64,000 nucleotides of DNA from Minisyncoccia bacterium (GTDB taxonomy: Bacteria; Patescibacteriota; Minisyncoccia; Phycocordibacterales; UBA9973), in the NCBI GenBank assembly GCA_049317285.1, contig JBMOIO010000004.1:2994-66993 (forward strand), in the 5' to 3' direction. Below are positions 41,593 through 50,450 of the stretch, one piece after another. The notes below the pieces were generated by a model. It was not told the DNA's origin. It made no database searches and saw nothing but the letters and a program-made list of their open reading frames with translations. How positions within the stretch are numbered: the first letter of the stretch is position 1; each line of letters starts with the position of its first letter. The position numbers and the translations under genes are program-made.

Positions 41593-42336
41593 TTACAGAA
41601 TACTGTCGATCATTTTCTTTACCTCCTCAAGCGGGTAGGCGCCTGGGATGATGACCTGTTCACCGGTCTTCTGGTTCACCGCAATGGAGAATGGCGTACC
41701 ACGTGCGCCGATTTTTGTGGCCTCAGCAATATTTGCGTCAACACTTGCGATTGCCTCAGGAGAGCTGAAACACTGCTTGAAGCTTTCGGCATTGATACCG
41801 ATATTTGTTGCAAATGTAGTGAGCGCATTGTTGCTTGTCGGATTAGCTTCGAGTGTGACATCCACTACTTCGTCGAGATAGTTCCAAAAAGCGCTGTTGC
41901 CACCGAGCTTTGCCGCGCATTCAAGCGCAATCGCTTCAGTATAGGCGTTTGGATGCATGTCGAGCGGGAAGTGGCGGTAGACCCACGCAACTTTTCCTTT
42001 GTAGTCTGCGACCACACTTTTAAGTGTAGGATGGAACTTTGAGCAGAAGGGACAGTCAGTGTCGGAATATTCGATTACAATAACCGCAGCATTTTTGTCT
42101 CCTTGCACATGGTCGTCTGCTTGGAGTTTGGCAATGTCGCTCGGGATACTTGTTGGCAGTTCTGGTGCTGTCTCAGCAGGCGCAGTATCCGCTGTTTTTT
42201 TCATACCCGGCACTGTCAGAATAATGGCAAGCGCAATGAGTGCAAGGCCCGTGAGTACTGCTGCAGGAAGGGATAATGTTGGTTTTTTGGTTGTTGTTTC
42301 GTTTTGTGGTTCCATAGGTAGTAGTATATCGCACAA
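41593..42336 (-). CDS. DsbA-family thiol:disulfide oxidoreductase (thioredoxin fold), membrane-anchored
   Basis: CPFC active-site motif and an N-terminal TM; the start may be the internal MEPQNETT (about 42316). Confidence 0.7.
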   Translation of the reverse strand: MCDILLPMEPQNETTTKKPTLSLPAAVLTGLALIALAIILTVPGMKKTADTAPAETAPELPTSIPSDIAKLQADDHVQGDKNAAVIVIEYSDTDCPFCSKFHPTLKSVVADYKGKVAWVYRHFPLDMHPNAYTEAIALECAAKLGGNSAFWNYLDEVVDVTLEANPTSNNALTTFATNIGINAESFKQCFSSPEAIASVDANIAEATKIGARGTPFSIAVNQKTGEQVIIPGAYPLEEVKKMIDSIL

Positions 42337-42395
42337 ATCGGGATTTTGTGCAGGGAATTGAAAAAAAGGCTTATTTTTGCTATAGTATTCCCACT

Positions 42396-43637
42396 ATGTC
42401 GATCACCTCGATTGCTACGTACACTATTACGTTTTTGGCAGTATATGTCCAAGTATTTATCCTTATAACGTTTTTTGAGCGCCGAAAAGACCTCAGGGCA
42501 CAAACCAGCGACGACCGCTTGGCGATTACTCATTTTCCGAGCGTGACTATTATCATGCCGTGCTGGAACGAGTCAAAAACAGTGCATGGCACTGTTGAAA
42601 GCCTTCTTGCGCTCGACTACCCAAAAGAAAAATTATTCATCACTATCATTGATGACGGTTCGACAGACAATACCTGGGAAGAGATGCAGAAATACAAAGA
42701 CCATCCTCAGATCAGTTTGTATCACACAGAGAACGGAGGGAAGCATGTCGCGGTAAATTTTGGTATCGACAAGGCGACAACGGATTTGATCGGGTGTTTG
42801 GACGCAGACTCATTTGTCGCACCGCACGCTCTTACCGACATGGTGCGCATTTTCAACAACCGCCCCGATGTGATGGCGGTTGCACCGACACTGATTGTTC
42901 ACGGCCCCAAAAATATTCTGCAGTGGGCGCAGAAAGTGGAATACAATATGAGCGTGTATCTCAAAAAGATGCAGGCATTTATGAATGCGATCCATGTGAC
43001 CCCTGGGCCGTTTTCTGTATTCCGACGTGAAGTGTTTGAAAAAATCGGAAAATTTAAAAAGGCGCACGGCACCGAAGACCAGGAAATCGCGTATCGCATG
43101 CAGGAAAACCACATGAAGATCGAGCACTGCCCGACCGCGTATGTGTACACGGTTACCCCCGACACAGTGAAAAAGCTCTATACACAGCGCCTGCGATGGA
43201 TTTATGGCTTTATCCAAAACACTATCGACTACCGCCGGTTGATACTCAATCCAAAATATGGAAACTTCTCCCTCTTCACTGTCCCAGCGGGTGTGATCTC
43301 TATTACTGCTACGGTGTACCTCTTTTTTGCAGCAATATACAATATTATTGTCTATATAGCCGAAGTGGTTACCCGGTGGAGTATTGTTGGTTTCACTAAT
43401 TCATTTCCAAGCTTTGAATTTGACTGGTTGTACATCAATACAAAAGCGCTCGGCATGGTGACGATTATTTTGTACTCCCTCGTCCTTATTTCTATGATTG
43501 TCGGCTCACGTATCGCAAAGCAAAAGCTCTCGTGGCACATTATTTCGTTTATGCTGATCTATAGTATTATCGCGCCGTTTTGGTTGATGCGCGCGGTGTG
43601 GAACAGTATTACTTCTAGTCAGCCAAAGTGGCGATAA
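42396..43637 (+). CDS. GT2-family processive beta-glycosyltransferase (PgaC/NodC/cellulose-synthase-like membrane synthase)
   Basis: DDGSTDNT, CLDADS (DxD) and QRLRW (QxxRW) motifs with flanking TM helices. The listed ORF starts at 42348; an extended -10 TGCTATAGT just upstream of the MSITS start at 42396 suggests that start. Confidence 0.75.
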   Translation: MSITSIATYTITFLAVYVQVFILITFFERRKDLRAQTSDDRLAITHFPSVTIIMPCWNESKTVHGTVESLLALDYPKEKLFITIIDDGSTDNTWEEMQKYKDHPQISLYHTENGGKHVAVNFGIDKATTDLIGCLDADSFVAPHALTDMVRIFNNRPDVMAVAPTLIVHGPKNILQWAQKVEYNMSVYLKKMQAFMNAIHVTPGPFSVFRREVFEKIGKFKKAHGTEDQEIAYRMQENHMKIEHCPTAYVYTVTPDTVKKLYTQRLRWIYGFIQNTIDYRRLILNPKYGNFSLFTVPAGVISITATVYLFFAAIYNIIVYIAEVVTRWSIVGFTNSFPSFEFDWLYINTKALGMVTIILYSLVLISMIVGSRIAKQKLSWHIISFMLIYSIIAPFWLMRAVWNSITSSQPKWR

Positions 43638-43638
43638 T

Positions 43639-44328
43639 ATGAATTTTTTTAACCGATACAAATGGAGTAAATACCTTCTCGCTTTTTTCCTCACCGCTGG
43701 CATTTTTGCTGGTGCGCTATTTTTGAGTAACTATATTACTGGGCGAAAACTTCAAAATATCCGCGAACTGCAGGACCGTGTGGCAACCGATATTCTCTCT
43801 TCTGAAACTCAGCTGAACTTGGTGAAAGACCTTTCTTGCGAAGATGTTGGTAATACCTATCTTTCTAGTGAGATTGCCGACCTTGCAGAGCGAATCACTT
43901 ATACGGAAGAAAACGGAACCTCGCCTGAAGATTCGCTTGAGCTGAAGAAACAGTATTCTATTTTAGAAGTAAAAGACTTTGTGCTTTCAAAACAAATCGC
44001 CGAGCGCTGCAACAATCTTCCTGTTACCATTTTATATTTCTATACCGATAAAAATATCTGCCCGGACTGCGTGAAGCAAGGGTATGTGCTCGACGCACTG
44101 CGCAACAAATACGACAATGTCCGTATCTATTCATTTGATTCAAAGCTTGATCTGACGACGATTAAAACCCTAAAGACAGTCTACGGTATTAGCGACCAGC
44201 TCCCTGCATTGGTAATAGACGGCGTGACAGTCAACGGCTTTAAATCACTCGATGAGATTGCCGCAGTCCTTCCGAGTGCTATCACCAACCCTGCTCCAAA
44301 AGCGCCTGTAGTTTCTAAAGATCTTTAG
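43639..44328 (+). CDS. membrane-anchored protein with a CxxC (CPDC) motif, possibly thioredoxin-like; translationally coupled to the GT2 gene
   Basis: N-terminal TM; ILYFYTDKNICPDCVKQG resembles a thioredoxin-fold CxxC context; its start is 1 nt after the GT2 stop. Confidence 0.4.
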   Translation: MNFFNRYKWSKYLLAFFLTAGIFAGALFLSNYITGRKLQNIRELQDRVATDILSSETQLNLVKDLSCEDVGNTYLSSEIADLAERITYTEENGTSPEDSLELKKQYSILEVKDFVLSKQIAERCNNLPVTILYFYTDKNICPDCVKQGYVLDALRNKYDNVRIYSFDSKLDLTTIKTLKTVYGISDQLPALVIDGVTVNGFKSLDEIAAVLPSAITNPAPKAPVVSKDL

Positions 44329-44351
44329 ATAGTGATAAAAAGGGGTGGAGA

Positions 44352-44393
44352 AATACCACCTCATACTCAAAAATATGCTATCGCAAGATTTTG
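44352..44393. promoter_or_regulatory. imperfect palindrome related to the 11544 palindrome
   Basis: ATACTCAAAAATATGC-TATC-GCAAGATTTTGAGTAT shares the AAAATCTTGCTATAGCAAGATTTT core. Confidence 0.3.
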
Positions 44394-44495
44394 AGTATTG
44401 GAAAGAGAAAAAAAGCCGCTCTATGTCAGATCGAAAGACCCTCGGAGGGGAGAGCCCTCGGGTTCGAATCTGACACAAAGAGGTCTACCAAATAA

Positions 44496-44523
44496 TAAAA
44501 CCCCTAGATTAACCAGGGGTTTT
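44496..44523. terminator. bidirectional terminator between the CxxC gene (+) and tRNA-Thr (-)
   Basis: AAAACCCCTagattaaccAGGGGTTTTT. Confidence 0.55.
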
Positions 44524-44529
44524 TATTAT

Positions 44530-44605
44530 TGGAGCCGCTTGTCAGACTCGAACTGACGACCCTCACTTTACAAAAGTGTAGCTCTACCAACTGAGCTAAA
44601 GCGGC
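44530..44605 (-). tRNA. tRNA-Thr (anticodon TGT)
   Basis: The reverse complement GCCGCTTTAGCTCAGTTGGTAGAGCTACACTTTTGTAAAGTGAGGGTCGTCAGTTCGAGTCTGACAAGCGGCTCCA folds as a cloverleaf with a 7-bp acceptor stem, D and T arms, a TGT anticodon in a 7-nt loop and an encoded CCA. Confidence 0.8.
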
Positions 44606-44844
44606 ATAGGGGAGATATGCTCTTTTAAAAATCTTCTTCCCGCCGCGCTCTTGAAGTATAACTCCCTTTTGCGTGCACTAAGAATATCTTTAAATGTTTC
44701 GGTATAGATGACTGATATGTCAGTCATAGAACGCGTTGTTTGAGTATGCCCCCGCTTGTGCTCGGCAATTCTTCTTTCAAGGTCATTTGTCATTCCCTTA
44801 TAGAATTTTCCCGATGCATCTTGGAGAACGTATACGATATACAT
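44596..44844 (-). CDS. GIY-YIG nuclease family protein (second copy), overlapping the 5' end of tRNA-Thr by about 10 nt
   Basis: MYIVYVLQDASGKFYKGMTNDLERRIAEH has the GIY...YKG...R motifs. The start is taken at the internal Met of listed ORF 44596..44862. Confidence 0.65.
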   Translation of the reverse strand: MYIVYVLQDASGKFYKGMTNDLERRIAEHKRGHTQTTRSMTDISVIYTETFKDILSARKRELYFKSAAGRRFLKEHISPMPL

Positions 44845-44848
44845 AGAA

Positions 44849-44926
44849 TGTAGCTCTACCAACTCCCGCCCGAACGACTTGAACAGAGCTTCAGCGTCGT
44901 TCAGTCGGGCGGGGAGCTAAAGCGGC
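44849..44926 (-). repeat. partial duplicate of tRNA-Thr nt 1-29 interrupted by a 49-nt GC-rich hairpin
   Basis: TGTAGCTCTACCAACT at 44849..44864 plus GAGCTAAAGCGGC at 44914..44926 equals tRNA positions 44577..44605. The hairpin CCCGCCCGAACGAC...GTCGTTCAGTCGGGCGGG at 44865..44913 is inserted in the D-loop. Confidence 0.7.
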
Positions 44927-44984
44927 GTACCCGAGTGTTAATAAATTAACCCTCGAGTTTTTTCATTATAATGAAAAAACAATT

Positions 44985-45371
44985 TTATGCAACTATTTTC
45001 TTTCGGCGGGTTTTTGGTTTCTCACCTACGTCCTTTGAACTTGAAATGCTGTGAAGGAAGTATGAGGAAGGGCCGTTTTCAAGCCCGGTGAGCACATCAT
45101 GCTTTTGAAACAGTGGTGCCGCTTTCGGAAATACGCGAACAAACGCTTTTGCCAAGCCCGAGTTCCCCCAATTGAACACACGGCGACTGTAGAGCCCGCC
45201 TGCATAGTAGCTGCGGCGGGTGAGACGAATGACACGGTCAACCTGGCGGAGCGCTACGCGGTCAAGGGTCGTGTGTTCACGCGCCTCGCTCTCATGCCAC
45301 CACAGAAGCATGACAGAGAGCCAAAAGAGGACAATAAGTACAGCAAGGAGGATAAGGAGCGTTGTAATCAT
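44985..45371 (-). CDS. hypothetical membrane protein
   Basis: N-terminal TM (LLILLAVLIVLFWLSVMLLWW); no motif. Confidence 0.4.
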   Translation of the reverse strand: MITTLLILLAVLIVLFWLSVMLLWWHESEAREHTTLDRVALRQVDRVIRLTRRSYYAGGLYSRRVFNWGNSGLAKAFVRVFPKAAPLFQKHDVLTGLENGPSSYFLHSISSSKDVGEKPKTRRKKIVA

Positions 45372-45384
45372 ACAACAAAGCTAC

Positions 45385-46161
45385 TTATGCTACGGTATAA
45401 AGCACAAACTTTTCGACTGTTGCTCCATTGTCTTTTGCAAACTGTGCAATTGTTTTTTCAGGAGTCTTAAAGAATGGCTGATCGAGGAGAATTTGCTCTT
45501 TGAAGAATGCATTGATTTTTCCTTCAAGGATTTTTGCTTTCATGTCTTCTGGCTTGTCAGAGTTTTCAACTTCTGCCTTCAGCACTTCCATAACGTTTGT
45601 TCTGTTTTCCTCAGAGATTTCACCTTCTGAAAGAAACGCTGGCTTCATCGCAGTCACATGCATTGCAATATCTTTTGCAACTTCAGCAGTTCCGCCATTG
45701 AGCACTACCACTGCAGCAGTTTTGCCGGTGTGGTGAGTATAGGCACCAACAGCATCGCCACTGATTTCTTCCACAGTACCAAGTTCGATCTTCTCACCAA
45801 TTTTCAACACTACATCACTGATAAGGGCAGGAGAAGTATCGCGCATAGCGTCGACGCCACTTTCCCATGCTATGTCAGCAAGCTTGTTCAACAGCGCCAC
45901 GAAGTCTTCGTTTTTTGCGACGAAGTCAGTTTCGCAGTTCAGGATGAGAGTGAGCGCGCGCTTTCCGTCAGTGCGCACCACTACTGTACCGTCTGAAGCA
46001 TCACGGTCGCCCTTTTTCGCAGCGATATCAGCACCTTTCTTCTGAAGGAGGATGATTGCTTTTTCCATGTCGCCTGCTGCTTCTTCAAGCGCTTTGCGGC
46101 ACTGCATGACACTGATACCTGTCTTGTCCCGAAGTTCTTTTACTTGTTCTGTAGTGATCAT
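45385..46161 (-). CDS. tsf: translation elongation factor Ts
   Basis: MITTEQVKELRDKTGISVMQCRKALEEAAGDMEKAI is the UBA-like N-terminus of EF-Ts; start taken at the internal Met of the listed ORF. Confidence 0.9.
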   Translation of the reverse strand: MITTEQVKELRDKTGISVMQCRKALEEAAGDMEKAIILLQKKGADIAAKKGDRDASDGTVVVRTDGKRALTLILNCETDFVAKNEDFVALLNKLADIAWESGVDAMRDTSPALISDVVLKIGEKIELGTVEEISGDAVGAYTHHTGKTAAVVVLNGGTAEVAKDIAMHVTAMKPAFLSEGEISEENRTNVMEVLKAEVENSDKPEDMKAKILEGKINAFFKEQILLDQPFFKTPEKTIAQFAKDNGATVEKFVLYTVA

Positions 46162-46216
46162 ATTGGTTAAAAGTTTAAAGTTATAAAATTGAAAGAATTG
46201 ATGATGATGCTTCATT

Positions 46217-46312
46217 GGTACTTTCCACGAAACGCACGCATAAATTTCTGGCTGTTGTTTTGCTCCAACTCGGCTCAGTCAGCCTGCGTTAGACGTTTCT
46301 TAGGAAAGCACC
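46217..46312 (+). repeat. intergenic hairpin repeat, copy D, lying between rpsB and tsf
   Basis: GGTACTTTCCACGAAACG-CACGCATAAATTTCTGGCTGTTGTTTTGCTCCAACTCGGCTCAGTCAGCCTGCGTTAGAC-GTTTCTTAGGAAAGCACC. Confidence 0.55.
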
Positions 46313-46336
46313 TGCTTCCGCTCTAGGAAGTTCCGC

Positions 46337-47011
46337 TTATTTTCCTCCGAATGCGTCCTTGAGTATACCAAGGATAGTCACAATACTCGAGGTAGAGCTG
46401 TCGTTTGCAACAATAGGGTAGTCGATTCCGCGCACTGAACAGTCAGTGTTTCCGATAGAGATCACTGGGATGTTCATCTTGCGAGCTTCCAAAAGTGCGA
46501 TTGATTCCTTTTTCGGGTCGATGATCACGACTGCTTCCGGCATCTTGTAGAGGCCGACAACACCTGCAAAGTATTTGTCCAAGCGAGCCATTTCACGAGT
46601 CAGAAGAATCTGCTCTTTCTTTGTGTACTTTTCAAACTCGCCGTTGGTGCGGTCTTCGCGCATCTTCTCGAGCTTTTGGATGCGCACCTTCATCTGAGGG
46701 AAGTTGGTGAGCATGCCTCCGATCCATCGTTCGGTAACGAATGGCTGAGAAAGTACGCTCGCAGTGGCGATAGTCGCATTGCGGGCTTCAGGCTTTACAC
46801 CGACGAAGAGTACGTTTTTTCCGGCAGCTCCAAGAGACGCCAAAAATTCGCCTACTTTTTCAAGAGCGATAACTGTTTTTTCAGCGTCGATAATATCAAC
46901 ACCGTTTTTGTTACCATAAATAAAGTTGGTAACGGTAGGGTGGCGGCGAGTACGGCTGTAGCCGTAGTGAACGCCTGCCTCCATGAGGGTAGTAGGGTCT
47001 ATTTTTTTCAT
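46337..47011 (-). CDS. rpsB: 30S ribosomal protein S2
   Basis: LMEAGVHYGYSRTRRHP... is canonical S2. The listed ORF extends to 47041; the MKKIDP start is more consistent with S2 N-termini. Confidence 0.9.
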   Translation of the reverse strand: MKKIDPTTLMEAGVHYGYSRTRRHPTVTNFIYGNKNGVDIIDAEKTVIALEKVGEFLASLGAAGKNVLFVGVKPEARNATIATASVLSQPFVTERWIGGMLTNFPQMKVRIQKLEKMREDRTNGEFEKYTKKEQILLTREMARLDKYFAGVVGLYKMPEAVVIIDPKKESIALLEARKMNIPVISIGNTDCSVRGIDYPIVANDSSTSSIVTILGILKDAFGGK

Positions 47012-47153
47012 AACAATCTGTAGCAGAGTACCAATGGGCACCCTTTTTAACTGAATAATTCGTCCAAATGACGAGTCGTTACTATAGCATTTAAAGGCTG
47101 TTTTATCAATAGATACTTCTTTTTTTTGCCATTTTGTGCGAATATGAGTCTAT

Positions 47154-48404
47154 ATGCGCCAAAGCCAATTGTTTACGAAAACTAAGAAAGAAAACCCAGC
47201 GGATGAGGTGTCTAAAAACGCACAGCTGTTGATCCGGGCCGGGTACATTTTCAAGGAAATGGCAGGGGTCTACAGCATGCTCCCGTTGGGACAGCGCGTG
47301 ATGGAGAAAGTGATCGGTATTGTAAAAGAAGAAATGGACGCTGTGGGTGGTGTGCAGATGAAAACTTCTGCGCTTCAGAGCAAGGAAGTGTGGGAGAAGA
47401 CAAACCGCTGGGACGACGAAGTCGTGGACAACTGGTTTAAGACAACGCTGAAGAATGGTACAGAGGTGGGACTATCATTTACGAACGAAGAAGCGTACTC
47501 AAATATCGTAAAAAGTTTTGTGAGCTCGTACAAAGACCTTCCGCTCTACCCGTACGACTTCAAAACTATTTTTAGAAATGAAACGCGCAGCAAGTCAGGG
47601 ATTATGCGTGGGCGCGAATTTTATTGGAAGGCACTCTATTCGTTTTCAGCAGACCTCGAACAGCACAATGTATTTTATGAAAAGATGAAGGGTGCGTATG
47701 CGCGCGTGTATAGCCGTGTTGGCCTGGGTGATTCTACCTACCTCACATTTGCTTCCGGCGGAACATTTTCAAAATATTCGCATGAGTTTCAAACTGTTTC
47801 AGAAGCAGGAGAGGATATTATTTATGTCTCACAAGAGAAAGGTATTGCAGTGAACAAGGAAGTGTATACCGATGAAGTGCTTGCAGAGCTTGGTTTGGTA
47901 AAGGAAGATTTGGAGGAAAAGAAAGCGATAGAGGTTGGGAATATTTTCTCCCTCGGCTCAAAGTTTTCTGAACCGTTTGATCTCACCTATAAAGACAGTG
48001 ACGGAAATGAAATCGCAGTGTTCATGGGCTCGTATGGTATCGGTATCACTCGCTTGATAGGTACAGTGGTTGAAGTGCTCTCCGACGCGCAAGGAATCGT
48101 GTGGCCGGAATCTATCGCTCCGTTTAGGGTGCACTTACTCCAGCTCGGAGAAGGCGCGAAAGACGAAGCAGAGAAATTGTATGCTGATTTAATAGCACAA
48201 GGAATCGAAGTCCTTTTTGATGACCGAGCAACAGCGCAGGCAGGCGAAAAGTTTGCAGACGCTGACCTTATCGGCATCCCGCACCGTATTGTAGTATCAG
48301 ACCGCTCACTTGCAGCAGGGGGAGTGGAGTACAAGCACCGTACAGAAGAGAAAGGGGAAGTACTGAGCGCACCAGACGCAATTGTAAAAGTTATGCATGT
48401 TTAA
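47154..48404 (+). CDS. proS: prolyl-tRNA synthetase (short form without insertion/editing domain)
   Basis: Class II motifs (FRNE..., GREFYW) and a C-terminal anticodon-binding domain; 416 aa. Confidence 0.85.
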   Translation: MRQSQLFTKTKKENPADEVSKNAQLLIRAGYIFKEMAGVYSMLPLGQRVMEKVIGIVKEEMDAVGGVQMKTSALQSKEVWEKTNRWDDEVVDNWFKTTLKNGTEVGLSFTNEEAYSNIVKSFVSSYKDLPLYPYDFKTIFRNETRSKSGIMRGREFYWKALYSFSADLEQHNVFYEKMKGAYARVYSRVGLGDSTYLTFASGGTFSKYSHEFQTVSEAGEDIIYVSQEKGIAVNKEVYTDEVLAELGLVKEDLEEKKAIEVGNIFSLGSKFSEPFDLTYKDSDGNEIAVFMGSYGIGITRLIGTVVEVLSDAQGIVWPESIAPFRVHLLQLGEGAKDEAEKLYADLIAQGIEVLFDDRATAQAGEKFADADLIGIPHRIVVSDRSLAAGGVEYKHRTEEKGEVLSAPDAIVKVMHV

Positions 48405-49440
48405 ACGGTTTTACGAAAAGTTTTCTAATGATATAGGGATCGATTTGGGGACGGCCAATACGCTCGTGTATTTGCGCGGGCACGGCATTATCATCAATGA
48501 GCCGTCGATTGTGGCAGTAAACCAAAAGACAGGACAGATCGTGGCGGTGGGGCGCGAAGCAAAAAATATGTGGGGCAAGACGCCGGCTCATATTCAGATC
48601 GTGCGCCCGCTTTCAGAAGGTGTGGTCTCCGACTTTGAAATGACCGAAGAGATGCTCGCCTATTTTATCCGCAAAGCAGAGAAGCTTTCACAGAAATTTT
48701 TTCGTCCGCGCGTTGTGATCGGAGTCCCGAGCGGTATCACTAATGTTGAAATGCGCGCAGTGTATGATGCTGCAATCGATGCCGGAGCGCGCGAAGTGTA
48801 TTTGGTGGAAGAAGCGATGGCAGCTGCTATCGGGGTCCGCTTGCCGGTCTTGTCAGCAAGCGCCACATTTATCGTTGATATTGGGGGCGGGACAACTGAC
48901 ATCGCGCTGATTGCGCTTGGTGGTATTGTGCGGTCGCTGAATTTGAAGGTTGCGGGCGACCACTTCAATATGCGCGTTGTCGAATACATGCGCGACGAGT
49001 TCAAGCTTCTCATCGGAGAGCCGACAGCTGAAAATGTGAAGCTTGCGTTGGGAAGCGCGATTGAGACCGACTACATGGAAATAGAGGTGCGCGGGCGCGA
49101 CTTGGTATCCGGTCTTCCGAAAGCGCTCATGATTACCGACGGAGATATTCGCGAAGCGATTGCGCGCTCAGTTGCGCTTGTTGTTGCTGGTATTCAAGAA
49201 GTATTGGAAACTGCACCGCCTGAAATGGTGGCTGATATTATCGGAAGCGGAATCGTGCTCACCGGAGGAGGCGCACTCTTGCGCGGGTTGCAAGGGCTTT
49301 TGCAAAGCGAGCTAAAGCTTCCGGTTCATGTTGCCGAAGATCCGCTTTCAGCTGTTGCTCGCGGGACAGGTATTATCCTCGACCAGTTCGAGGAGTATAC
49401 TTCTGTTATCATTCCTCTTACCGACCATGTCACCATATAA
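48397..49440 (+). CDS. mreB: rod shape-determining protein MreB
   Basis: IGIDLGTANTLVY ... actin-fold phosphate loops; 347 aa. Confidence 0.9.
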   Translation: MFKRFYEKFSNDIGIDLGTANTLVYLRGHGIIINEPSIVAVNQKTGQIVAVGREAKNMWGKTPAHIQIVRPLSEGVVSDFEMTEEMLAYFIRKAEKLSQKFFRPRVVIGVPSGITNVEMRAVYDAAIDAGAREVYLVEEAMAAAIGVRLPVLSASATFIVDIGGGTTDIALIALGGIVRSLNLKVAGDHFNMRVVEYMRDEFKLLIGEPTAENVKLALGSAIETDYMEIEVRGRDLVSGLPKALMITDGDIREAIARSVALVVAGIQEVLETAPPEMVADIIGSGIVLTGGGALLRGLQGLLQSELKLPVHVAEDPLSAVARGTGIILDQFEEYTSVIIPLTDHVTI

Positions 49441-50182
49441 AATCACTCGCCGAAATCAAAATCCTGCAAACATAGCGCTTCGCATTCTAGGCATTGTTGC
49501 TTCTGTTGCAGCACTTGTTTTTATTGCACGATTCTTGGTGAAGTCCCATGGCGAAGTGATCATTCCCTTATACCCGGACTCTTTTAATACAGCACTCATG
49601 TCTCGGCGCCAGCTGGTGAGGAAAGTAAACGAACTGCAAAGCACGCTCGATAGCTACTATGCACAGAGCGCAAACCTTTCGTTATTGGAAAATGAAAATG
49701 CGGCGATCAAGGCAGAGCTTGGTCGCGACCCAGAGTCGCGCGGAATCTTGGCACATGTACTCACCGTACCGAACCGAAGTTTTTACGACACCTTTGTTAT
49801 TGATGCAGGAAGTGCTGAAGGTATACAAATAGATCAACAAGCATACGCATTTGATGCAATTGCTTTAGGAACCGTAAGCCAGGTTTCTGAGCACAATGCG
49901 GTTGTCACACTCTTTAGTGCACCAGGTACGGAAACAAGTGGGACTGCAGTGGGGAGTGATGTAGCAGTGACACTGATTGGGCGCGGAGGCGGGGAATACG
50001 AAGTGCGCATGCCGCGCGATGTGCATTTTGATATTGGATCGGCTATTGCGCTACAAAGTGTGTACCCAGCCGTGCTTGCCGAAGTGGAGAAGATCATCAC
50101 TGATCCGCGCGACCCGTTTCAAAGACTCCTTGCAAAAGCACCGGTAAACCTTACGGCTCTGAAGTGGGTGGTGATTAGGTAA
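49427..50182 (+). CDS. mreC: rod shape-determining protein MreC (probable)
   Basis: Follows mreB with an overlapping stop/start; N-terminal TM, coiled-coil segment and a beta-rich C-terminus. The listed ORF 49328..50182 begins inside mreB. Confidence 0.65.
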   Translation: MSPYKITRRNQNPANIALRILGIVASVAALVFIARFLVKSHGEVIIPLYPDSFNTALMSRRQLVRKVNELQSTLDSYYAQSANLSLLENENAAIKAELGRDPESRGILAHVLTVPNRSFYDTFVIDAGSAEGIQIDQQAYAFDAIALGTVSQVSEHNAVVTLFSAPGTETSGTAVGSDVAVTLIGRGGGEYEVRMPRDVHFDIGSAIALQSVYPAVLAEVEKIITDPRDPFQRLLAKAPVNLTALKWVVIR

Positions 50183-50215
50183 TTTTTTATATACTGCGCA
50201 TTTCTCGCAAACAAT

Positions 50216-50277
50216 AAAAATATGCTTCTGCAGAACTCGGTCTAAAGCCCTCAGACACAGCTTCGAAGCATATTTTT
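50216..50277. repeat. perfect 13-bp-stem hairpin enclosing a degenerate fragment of the repeat core
   Basis: AAAAATATGCTTC ... GAAGCATATTTTT; the loop contains GAACTCGGTCTAAAGCCCTCAGACACAGC, which resembles the core CCAACTCGGCTCAGACAGCC. Confidence 0.4.
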
Positions 50278-50309
50278 CTTTTTGCTCGAATGCTTGTCGA
50301 CGACGATAA

Positions 50310-50407
50310 GTACTGTGCTCCGAGAAATGACTAACGGAGGCTGTCTGAGCCGAGTTGGAACAAATTTTCAGCAGAAAATTATGTGTGCATTTCGAGGAAT
50401 ACAGTAC
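50310..50407 (-). repeat. intergenic hairpin repeat, copy E (reverse orientation)
   Basis: Reverse complement: GTACTGTATTCCTCGAAATG-CACACATAATTTTCTGCTGAAAATTTGTTCCAACTCGGCTCAGACAGCCTCCGTTAGTC-ATTTCTCGGAGCACAGTAC. Confidence 0.55.
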
Positions 50408-50450
50408 TTGGAGAAGGAGAGAGAAACATGATAATGTTACTTAACTTACT

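Noticed and set aside
41302-42042. 246-aa plus-strand ORF with a plausible promoter and N-terminal TM helices
   Set aside because: From 41593 onward it is antisense to a well-supported DsbA gene (CPFC motif, complete thioredoxin fold). At most a short 5' portion could be real. It was not called.
44405-44490. tRNA-like T-arm sequence GGGTTCGAATCTGAC near tRNA-Thr
   Set aside because: No matching acceptor or anticodon stems could be built. It forms a long simple hairpin (GTCAGATCGAA...TTCGAATCTGAC), more likely a minus-strand terminator or structure than a second tRNA.
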